64,000 nt of DNA from Thermoplasmatota archaeon. GTDB taxonomy: Archaea > Thermoplasmatota > E2 > JACPAO01 > JAHFTW01. Shown here one piece after another: positions 56,687-64,000 of the stretch; within the stretch, counting starts at the first letter, position 1, and every line of letters starts with the position of its first letter. Below the pieces are notes generated by a model. That model saw only the letters and a program-made list of their open reading frames with translations, was not told where the DNA came from and did not search any database. The stretch covers positions 32,001 to 96,000 of the forward strand of contig JBFIHX010000003.1 of the NCBI GenBank assembly GCA_041601615.1. The letters run 5' to 3'. Both the position numbers and the translations under genes were made by a program.

Positions 56687-59600
56687 CTAGCTCTTCGTAA
56701 CCGTCACCGAGACGGTCACGTCGCTGCCACCGAACGGCACCGAGAACGGCTGGGAAGCACTGTACTGCACTTCCTCGCCGCCCGTGGTCTTGGAGATATC
56801 CACGCTCAGCGAGTAGTCGCCAGGAGCGAGCGTTCGGTTGGCAAAGCCATTGGCGTCCGTAACGCCCGGAGTCGCCGTTCCCGCAGCGTCCGTGATCGTG
56901 AACTGCAAGCCCGCCTCGATGGGGGCCCCGTCCTGGTCGCGCAGCTCTAGCAACACCTTGCTCGGAGCGATGGCGAGCGCGAAGTTCTTGCTCGCCGTCT
57001 CACCAGCCGCAAGCGTCACGTCGCCGCCGCCTGCATTGTAGCCCGTTGCGGTGACCGTGGCCGATAGAACGCCGGGTTGCAAGTCGGCCAGAGCGTAGGA
57101 GCCGTCCGCGCCCGACATGACCAATTGGCCACCGACGGTCACAGAGGCACCGGCGATGCGGGTGTCGTTTGCACCGAGCACACCGTCGCCATCCACGTCC
57201 TGGAACACGGTGCCCGTCAGGGAGCCGCGCTGGACTGTGAGATCCACGCCGTTGACCGATTCGCCGAGGCGAGCCTGGACACGGTTGAATTGGATCGAGG
57301 TGTCGTTGCGGGACGCCAATTCGACGCCGCCGTTCAGGGCCACCAGAGTCAAGTCTCCATCTACCGAGAACGGTGCGAGGACTTGGTAGAAGCCGCTGGC
57401 GTCCGTGACGCCCACCGCGTGGCTGGCACCAAGGCCGTCCACGAAGGTGACCTGAGCGCCGGAAACCGGTTGGCCCGCGTCGTCCAGCACCGTACCGCTG
57501 ACGTTGACGCCACGGTAGTAGGCGAGGAGCTCCACTTGTTGGACACCAGAATCCTTGTCGGTCGACTCGTGCAGAACACGCCAGTGGGTCAAGCCGTCTG
57601 CGGGCGTGAACTGGTTCGCTTGGCTACCAAACGATCGTGCGTACATGCTGTCAAAGAAGGACTGCGTGGGCACGATTTGCGGAGGCCACTGGACCTGGAT
57701 GCCTTGGCCGGCTGCGGGGGATGTTCCGAAGGGGAACGCTTGGCCGCCGGTGACGAGCCACTTGCCGCCCGTTTGGTCTTCCCAGTACGGTTCAATGCGG
57801 AAGGAGTCGCCCTTGGCGTTCACGTCGTACAGGTGCTGGCGCAGTTGCAGGCCGCCACCGCCGGACGTCACTTGGTAGGTGAAGTTGTCCGGGTTCTTGT
57901 TGGCAAGGTAGGCAGGCGCGTAGAAGATGCCGGGGTTTTGGGCACTGACGGGGTACATGCGGCTGTCGACTCCGATGTACTCGATGCTGCGGCGGGCGTT
58001 GTTGACGCCCGTGTAGTCCGTGACTTCTTCGTACAGGTCAAAGATGTCGTTGTTGGTCAGATCCATCGTGGAACTGAGCAACTCGTACTCCTTGTCGTAG
58101 CCCCGGATGGGTCCGATCTCGATGAGCGCCGCGTCGACACCGCGCAGGGCAGCCTCGACGTGCGGGCTGTATTGGCCAATGGGCGCCGTACGACTGTAGT
58201 CGACGTTGATGGACAGCAGAGTCATCCAGGCGACCGCTTCTTGCTCCGACTCGCTGGCCAGGAAGCGGCCGGCGATGTTGTAGTTGTTCTGGAAGGGATC
58301 TGCCACCGTCGGGTGCATGCCGATGTCGGTGGCCCAGTGACCGTAGTCCCACCAGGCGATGAAGCCCGGCCGGTCTTCGATGTTCTTGATCTCCGTGTCC
58401 TGTTGGGCGAGCACGGTGAACGCTTCGAGCCAACCGTTGTCCTTGATGTCGAAGCTGAGGCCAAAGGCACCCAGGTGCTTCGTGTCGAGGCTCGTGCAGT
58501 CGTCCACTTCACAGGGGATGGCTGCGTCGACGCCGATCCAGGTGTTGGGCAGAATGAACAGCACAAACACCAGAAGGACACCGAGGGAGGTGCGCATGTT
58601 GAGGCTGCGCAGGCCAGCTGCGATGGGGTGTGTGCCGTGCTGTTGGCGGTAAGCGCGGCGGACCTTCTCGAAGCCGAGCTTGGCGACGATGATGGGCATG
58701 ACGGCGCCGGCTAGGAGCGCAAACACAGGGCTCGCGTTCATGATGAAGCGGCTGGCGGCGAAGGCCATGAACAGGGCAACGATGGCCCAGGAGACCATCA
58801 GCATGTGCTCTTGGTTGCCCTTCTTCCAGGCCTTCTTGATGGAGCCGCCGAGGCCCCAGAAGGCGAGCAGGAAGGTGAAGAAGCCGAAACTGGCGGCGAC
58901 ACGTCCGAGTTCACTGCGCTGGGCTTCCGCGATGGTGCCGAACAGCTTGGTCTGTTGGAAGTAGCCAAGGCCGGTGAAAACCGTCTGGCCCACGTTGGGC
59001 ATGGCGAAGACCATGATGGCCCAGCCGGCGATGAGGGTCAGCAGCAAGGCCGGGAAGACCAGAATACTGGGCAGGTCGCGGGTGGGCACCAGGATGGCGC
59101 TGACGACGACCATGCCAATCAGGACGTAGATGCCGGCCCAGATGGTGGTGTCCAGGAAGTTCGGGAACGCCAGGTAGTAGGGTAGCGGAATCAGCGTCAC
59201 GAGAATCATCGGCAGCAGGTAGAACGCCGTGAGGGCGGTGCTGTCGCGGTTCTTGACGTGGTCCCAGAGTAGTTGCATACCGAAGGCGACCGCCATGATG
59301 GCGAGCACGTAGGGGTAGCCCTTCCAGGTGAGGGCCGTGGCGCTGAGGGCGACGCCGGCGAGGGCGCTCCAAAGCATGGCGACCCGGTTGTGGGCGAAGC
59401 TGTTGCGAACACCCTCGGCGAGGGCGCCGCGGTGCCGCCAGTCCTTGACGTATTCGCGGTCGTCGAGCGCTTTCAGGCCCTTGACGAGGAATGCGACGGC
59501 GCAGAGAATCCAGAACATGGTGGCTGCGTCGTGGTCGGCAAAGCCCCAGACACCGCGTTGGATGTGGGGGGCGCTGACGGCCATGAAGAAGGCGGCCCAG

Positions 59601-60022
59601 AGACCGGCGCGGCGGTTCCAGAGTTCGGCTCCGATGATGAAGACGGGGATGACTGCGAGGGCACCCCAGACGGCGGTCATGAGATTGAGTGCCATTCCTG
59701 CGGGGTCCACGGAAATGGACCCTATGGTTCCGGCTACGACGGCGCTTGTCCAATCGAAAACAGGTGGATTGGGATTGTTGGCGCCGGCGGGGAAGTTGAG
59801 CGCGGGGTCGAACTGCAGGGATTCTCCTGTCTCAAGGATGTGGTTGACGGCCCGGTCGTGGTAGTACGGGTCATTACCCGAGTAAAGATAGCGTTCCGAG
59901 TCCTCATCAAAAGAAGCGTCGACGTTCCACCCGATGCGGAGGCCGATTGCCAGGAGGACGAAGACCGCGAGCCACGTGGCCAATGCCTTGTTGCTCATCC
60001 GAGTTTCGTCGCGAGATGCCAT
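56687..60022 (-). CDS. aglB: Oligosaccharyltransferase AglB/STT3 with C-terminal carboxypeptidase-regulatory-like repeats
   Basis: DPYYHDR, ADHD, TIAE, WWDYG motifs; many TM helices. Confidence 0.92.
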   Translation of the reverse strand: MASRDETRMSNKALATWLAVFVLLAIGLRIGWNVDASFDEDSERYLYSGNDPYYHDRAVNHILETGESLQFDPALNFPAGANNPNPPVFDWTSAVVAGTIGSISVDPAGMALNLMTAVWGALAVIPVFIIGAELWNRRAGLWAAFFMAVSAPHIQRGVWGFADHDAATMFWILCAVAFLVKGLKALDDREYVKDWRHRGALAEGVRNSFAHNRVAMLWSALAGVALSATALTWKGYPYVLAIMAVAFGMQLLWDHVKNRDSTALTAFYLLPMILVTLIPLPYYLAFPNFLDTTIWAGIYVLIGMVVVSAILVPTRDLPSILVFPALLLTLIAGWAIMVFAMPNVGQTVFTGLGYFQQTKLFGTIAEAQRSELGRVAASFGFFTFLLAFWGLGGSIKKAWKKGNQEHMLMVSWAIVALFMAFAASRFIMNASPVFALLAGAVMPIIVAKLGFEKVRRAYRQQHGTHPIAAGLRSLNMRTSLGVLLVFVLFILPNTWIGVDAAIPCEVDDCTSLDTKHLGAFGLSFDIKDNGWLEAFTVLAQQDTEIKNIEDRPGFIAWWDYGHWATDIGMHPTVADPFQNNYNIAGRFLASESEQEAVAWMTLLSINVDYSRTAPIGQYSPHVEAALRGVDAALIEIGPIRGYDKEYELLSSTMDLTNNDIFDLYEEVTDYTGVNNARRSIEYIGVDSRMYPVSAQNPGIFYAPAYLANKNPDNFTYQVTSGGGGLQLRQHLYDVNAKGDSFRIEPYWEDQTGGKWLVTGGQAFPFGTSPAAGQGIQVQWPPQIVPTQSFFDSMYARSFGSQANQFTPADGLTHWRVLHESTDKDSGVQQVELLAYYRGVNVSGTVLDDAGQPVSGAQVTFVDGLGASHAVGVTDASGFYQVLAPFSVDGDLTLVALNGGVELASRNDTSIQFNRVQARLGESVNGVDLTVQRGSLTGTVFQDVDGDGVLGANDTRIAGASVTVGGQLVMSGADGSYALADLQPGVLSATVTATGYNAGGGDVTLAAGETASKNFALAIAPSKVLLELRDQDGAPIEAGLQFTITDAAGTATPGVTDANGFANRTLAPGDYSLSVDISKTTGGEEVQYSASQPFSVPFGGSDVTVSVTVTKS

Positions 60023-60341
60023 GCAGTCACCGATGCCTAAAACAGGCAGCGTCGCGGCCAAAGGGGGGCTACTAATAATGTTTCCAGAGACGAGCCCGTA
60101 ATTTTGCAGAAATCCCTAGACGCCGTGTGTCCCACCCGGTGGGTTGATTCCGGGGGGCAGGGGAGTGTTTTTTCGTCGCCATCTTGCATTCTGCCTCATT
60201 CCCTATCCATTTTGGTGCATGAAGGAGCGAATTGCAGCCCTTCCGGTGGATTTGTCGCCCGTGATCGGCCCGTTTTGGTCCCGCGCTCCGATTTTCGGCA
60301 ATCAGGGTCGCTGGAGTGCCTAGCGCGGACTGCGATGCTGC

Positions 60342-60420
60342 CTATTCGGGTACGATTGCCTTTCCGAGGGCGCTTGCGATGAGGCCTACGGCAAATTTCC
60401 CAGTCTTGTTTTCGGTGTCC
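60342..60420 (-). repeat. Second copy of the arginase 3' end (DTENKTGKFAVGLIASALGKAIVPE*)
   Basis: 71 bp identical (60343-60413 vs 60488-60558); flanking codons differ synonymously (GAC ACC vs GAT ACA; TAG vs TAA); offset 145 bp. Confidence 0.92.
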
Positions 60421-60486
60421 GAGCGACCTTGAAAAAGGTCGATCATTTTGGGCGGCTCTCGGCTTCGCCTCGGCCACCCCGCAGCC

Positions 60487-61398
60487 TTATTCGGGTACGA
60501 TTGCCTTTCCGAGGGCGCTTGCGATGAGGCCTACGGCAAATTTCCCAGTCTTGTTTTCTGTATCGAGCAGTGGGTTGGCTTCGACGAATTCCATGCTGGT
60601 TACGAGGTCGGTCTCGGCGAGCATTTCGAGCGCGAGGTGGGATTCTCGGTAGGTGAGGCCGCCGTCGACTTTGGTGCCGGTGCCGGGGGCCCAGCGCGGG
60701 TCCACGGCGTCCAAATCGAAGCTCAAGTGGACTTGTTTTACGCCTCGGGACGCGATGGACATCGCTTCGTCCATGACTTTCTTCATGCCGTGTTCGTCGA
60801 TGTCGCGCATGGTGAAGTAGTGGGCGCCGCTGGCTTGCAACAGCTCAGCCTCCTTGGCGTCCACATCGCGCAGGCCCACGAGGACGGTGTTTTCGGCGCG
60901 CAATTTGGGGCCGGGGCGGTCGAAGTCGGCGAGTCGCGGGTGGCCGATGCCGAGGGCGGCGCTCACGGGCATGCCGTGGATGTTGCCGCTTGGGCTGGTC
61001 TCGTGGGTGTTGAAGTCGGCGTGGGCGTCAAACCAGATCATGCCGCGGTCGGTGGAGCCGCGAGCAAGGCCGGCTTGTGTGCCGATAGCGATGCTGTGGT
61101 CGCCGCCGAGTACGATGGGCATGACGCCGTCCTTCATCGCTTCCTCTACTTTGTCGGCAAGTTCCGTGCAAGCCGCCAAGATTTCGTCGGCATAGCGCAG
61201 CTTCGGGTCGCCCACGTCGCCGGTCTGTTCCAGTTCCGGGGTCCAGACATTGCCGGCGTCCTGGACAGTGTAGCCGAGGGCGCGGATGCGGTCGTGCAGG
61301 CGGGCGGCCCGGATGGCGCTGGGGCCCATGTCGACGCCGCGGCGGCTGGCGCCAAGGTCAAGCGGGACGCCGATGACGCGGACGGTCTCGATGCTCAT
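60487..61398 (-). CDS. rocF: Arginase
   Basis: RGVDMGP, GGDHS, DAHAD, SGNIHGMP, SFDLDAVDP, PGTGT, VEANP. Confidence 0.93.
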   Translation of the reverse strand: MSIETVRVIGVPLDLGASRRGVDMGPSAIRAARLHDRIRALGYTVQDAGNVWTPELEQTGDVGDPKLRYADEILAACTELADKVEEAMKDGVMPIVLGGDHSIAIGTQAGLARGSTDRGMIWFDAHADFNTHETSPSGNIHGMPVSAALGIGHPRLADFDRPGPKLRAENTVLVGLRDVDAKEAELLQASGAHYFTMRDIDEHGMKKVMDEAMSIASRGVKQVHLSFDLDAVDPRWAPGTGTKVDGGLTYRESHLALEMLAETDLVTSMEFVEANPLLDTENKTGKFAVGLIASALGKAIVPE

Positions 61399-61467
61399 GG
61401 CGGCCGGCAAGCCGGAGGGGGACATGAGCGTGGGGGTTGATTCAGGGTGGCCCCATCGGGATGCTGT

Positions 61468-61890
61468 TCAAATCCCAAGATCCGGCACTGGTTTGCGCAT
61501 CGCATAGCCGCCATTGAGTGGGTGCCAGGTCTCTACGCGCTCTTCCCCCTCTTTCCAGCACAAAAACACCGGTTCATCGCCACGCATCGCCCAAAAATCC
61601 ACGAGGCCCGCGTCGAGGTCCTTGAGGGCAATTCCACGCTCCTCAAACGCCTCCACGGCCGCATCGAGATGCCGCTTACACTCCTGGAACGTCGCCAAAC
61701 GGGCGAGCCAATCGCCATGATCCGGGCAACCAGGGTCCTGGATGCTGTCGCCCCAGACGATTCGCAAATCCTCGATGTGTGCCTGGGCATCGACGAGCGA
61801 ACTCCGTGCCGCCCTCGCGTTGGCCAAAAGTCGACGGACCTCCGGCAGGGCGTCGTTGGCCTGTTCCAGACTCCACATGCGCACGGGCAC
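61468..61890 (-). CDS. DUF2203 domain protein
   Basis: EQANDALP...LKDLDAGLVDF...LCWKEGE...WH...GY..RKP. Confidence 0.8.
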   Translation of the reverse strand: MPVRMWSLEQANDALPEVRRLLANARAARSSLVDAQAHIEDLRIVWGDSIQDPGCPDHGDWLARLATFQECKRHLDAAVEAFEERGIALKDLDAGLVDFWAMRGDEPVFLCWKEGEERVETWHPLNGGYAMRKPVPDLGI

Positions 61891-62141
61891 ATTGGGAGAG
61901 CGTCTACGGGGGTATTGGCTGTTTTGGGACAGCCCAAGCTCCTCCCGACCGACGCCCACCACCACAGGGGCGCGGGCCCACGCAGGGCCGTACCGGACGC
62001 GATCCAGTACCCGACCATGGTCGGGAGGAGAGAGGCCAGAGGCCTCACGCGCAAGCGCGCTTGACTAGATAGGTCCGGGCCATTTGGTCCCTTCTGGGGA
62101 TGTACGGAAAACGTCTCCTTGGGGATTGCTGAGCCCTGCCC

Positions 62142-62558
62142 CTAGTTTTCGGGCAGTTGCACCAGATTGAACGGGTTTCCATCGGGGTCGCGCACAACAC
62201 TGCTCAAGCCCCATGGCATGTTCTCTGGTTCACTAACGACCGTGCCGCCCGCTGCTTTCCAAGATTTCGTGGCCGCGTCGCAATCGCCCACAGAGAAAAC
62301 AGTCATGTTGTTGTCGCCCACCGTAGGCGTCCTTCCGTCAGGCCCCGGCACGGGAGGCATGAGTACGATTTCCAAATCGTCGCCCGGAATGCCAACGGTG
62401 AGCCAACGCATCTTGCTGCCCATGAATTCGAACACTTCGTCGCCTCGTACTTCAGCGCCCACGGCGGCTGTGTAGAAGGCCAGCGCCTTGTCTTGGTCGC
62501 TGATGATGAGGTTCATGTGGCTGACGCGCTGGACCGTGGTGGTAATGGCATGGGACAT
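62142..62558 (-). CDS. VOC/glyoxalase family protein
   Basis: DQDKALAFY, RWLTV, MPWG...RDPDGN. Confidence 0.88.
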   Translation of the reverse strand: MSHAITTTVQRVSHMNLIISDQDKALAFYTAAVGAEVRGDEVFEFMGSKMRWLTVGIPGDDLEIVLMPPVPGPDGRTPTVGDNNMTVFSVGDCDAATKSWKAAGGTVVSEPENMPWGLSSVVRDPDGNPFNLVQLPEN

Positions 62559-62669
62559 GCGGTGGGCATGGGTCTGCCGGCTTTGGTCGTTTTCCCGAGG
62601 GGTAAGCGAAGGTAACAAATGGTGGAGCGAAGGAGGGAGAAGGAGGATGACGCTGCGTTGGCGCCGGGT

Positions 62670-62735
62670 TTACTTACTCGGCTTCTTGGGGGCAGGCTTG
62701 GCAGGCATGGCTGGCTTGGCGGGCGTCTTGGGCAG
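62670..62735 (-). CDS. Possible 21-aa Pro/Lys/Ala-rich basic peptide (CTG start)
   Basis: GGGAGGTG SD 7 nt before CTG; (M)PKTPAKPAMPAKPAPKKPSK*. Confidence 0.35.
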   Translation of the reverse strand: MPKTPAKPAMPAKPAPKKPSK

Positions 62736-62879
62736 GGGTGACCACCTCCCGGGGCGGACCCTGCAGTGAGATTTGGCAGGGTGTCTTGAGCTTATCCTCC
62801 GCCACACCGCCAAAATGTTGCCAAGGCACGCAAAAACGGCCCATTGCGGCGACGAGAAGAGGCGGACAGCGTGGAAATC

Positions 62880-63824
62880 TCAGGAACCGAGTTCGCCGAG
62901 ACGCTTCGCGACCACGTCTGCAAACCGAGCCGCCGCACGCGGTTCATGGCGCAGGAACATTTCGGGCTCGATGAGCTCCAATTCCATCAAGCAGAACGCA
63001 CCGTCATGATGCACACCGTCCACGCGAGCATACACCGATGGCTCCGGTAGGTCCTTGAGCATTCCCTCCGCCGCCTGCCTCGTTGCTGCCGGTGGCACGT
63101 CCGAGACCGTGCGCCCCCCGTGCTCCTCTTGGACGCGAATGTCGCCCGCCGCCGGCAATTTGCGCACCGCGTGGCTGAACTTGCCCCCGAAAAAGAACAA
63201 ACTCCACTCCCCCTCCGAGTGAATCGCAGGAATCTCCGGTTGCACAAAGCACGGGCCAACAGGGAATGCGTCTGTGTCTGGCGCCCACGTGTTGCCCTCC
63301 GCCGAAAACGGCTGCACGCCGTCCGCACTGATGCGCACAAGGCCGCTGGCGCCCGCGCCCACAATCGGCTTCGCAATCGCCCGCTCCCACCCCGCCTCCG
63401 CAGAAATCGCCTGCGCCCCCGCCGCATCAAAAGCCTCCATGAGCCGAGTAGGGACGATGCGGTGCCCCCGCGCCTCCAGTTCCAACAAGTACCGCTTGTC
63501 CAAATTCCAACGCATCAATCTGGCGGGATTCAAACACGGCGTGCCCGAGGCGACCAGTGCATCCAACCATGCTCCGAAGCGCTCTCGATGCAACGTATAA
63601 TCCCACGGCGAACGCACCAACACAGGCTCCGGGTCCGCCGGGTCAATTTCCTGCCACGGGGTGAAATGGGCATGAATTCCATGAGCGGCGAGAGCGGGAA
63701 CAAGCGGAAGGTCGTCGTGGAAGCCATGACGAAGGTCGGGGCAGGTGGCGAGGTGGAGGGACTTGACAGCAGACAACAGCGGTCGGAAAGCGGCTACGAA
63801 TTTGAAAACCGGCCTGGCCCGCAT
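62880..63824 (-). CDS. RimK/glutathione-synthetase-like ATP-grasp protein
   Basis: VRSPWDY, WNLDKRYL, KPIVGAG, EGEWSL, YARVDG, MELELIEP; start uncertain. Confidence 0.8.
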   Translation of the reverse strand: MRARPVFKFVAAFRPLLSAVKSLHLATCPDLRHGFHDDLPLVPALAAHGIHAHFTPWQEIDPADPEPVLVRSPWDYTLHRERFGAWLDALVASGTPCLNPARLMRWNLDKRYLLELEARGHRIVPTRLMEAFDAAGAQAISAEAGWERAIAKPIVGAGASGLVRISADGVQPFSAEGNTWAPDTDAFPVGPCFVQPEIPAIHSEGEWSLFFFGGKFSHAVRKLPAAGDIRVQEEHGGRTVSDVPPAATRQAAEGMLKDLPEPSVYARVDGVHHDGAFCLMELELIEPEMFLRHEPRAAARFADVVAKRLGELGS

Positions 63825-64000
63825 CCGCGACGAAGGCACCTCTGACACCGAGCCAAGCGACTCCACCACCGAGTCTCCCCACGGGGTACTTTCACCGCCC
63901 CCTGCCGCGTCCATGTAGCCTTTTCCACCCATTCCATGCCGTGCTCGTTCTTTGCCAAACCTGCCACTTCCAATGCAGTCACCGAGTCCCTTGCAACGGA

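Noticed and set aside
14961-60558. Diversity-generating retroelement (TR/VR) explanation for the 3'-end repeats
   Set aside because: Differences are synonymous rather than adenine-specific, the targets are housekeeping enzymes, and no reverse transcriptase is present in the window.
1-64000. CRISPR array, IS elements or prophage genes
   Set aside because: No regularly spaced repeats and no cas, transposase, integrase or capsid motifs recognised.

Overview
GC-rich archaeal chromosomal window, most consistent with a Thermoplasmatota-like lineage (this is inferred from the gene set and order, not from a database search). It contains a conserved translation cluster (rnp4, yhbY, rps19e, PDCD5-like, rpl39e, rpl31e, aIF6, rplX, pfdA, tRNA-Gly), aIF1A-rio1-KH, pdhAB, fumC, a two-domain ThyX, thiR-thiBPQ, aglB and arginase. 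Between these lie many secreted or surface paralogue families: five metzincin-type proteases, three Cys-containing secreted proteins, three proteins with PGF-CTERM-like tails, three carboxypeptidase-regulatory-like lipoproteins and at least six small secreted Cys-rich peptides. A bacterial-type ferritin-like/lodA/lodB (CTQ quinoprotein oxidase) operon interrupts the protease array. The most unusual signal is that three unrelated housekeeping genes (pdhB, thyX, arginase) are each followed 125-145 bp downstream by a second copy of their own C-terminal codons plus stop, separated by a hairpin-forming spacer. In pdhB this copy is almost completely synonymously recoded. No CRISPR array, integrase, transposase or reverse transcriptase was recognised. 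All calls come from reading sequence motifs by eye.
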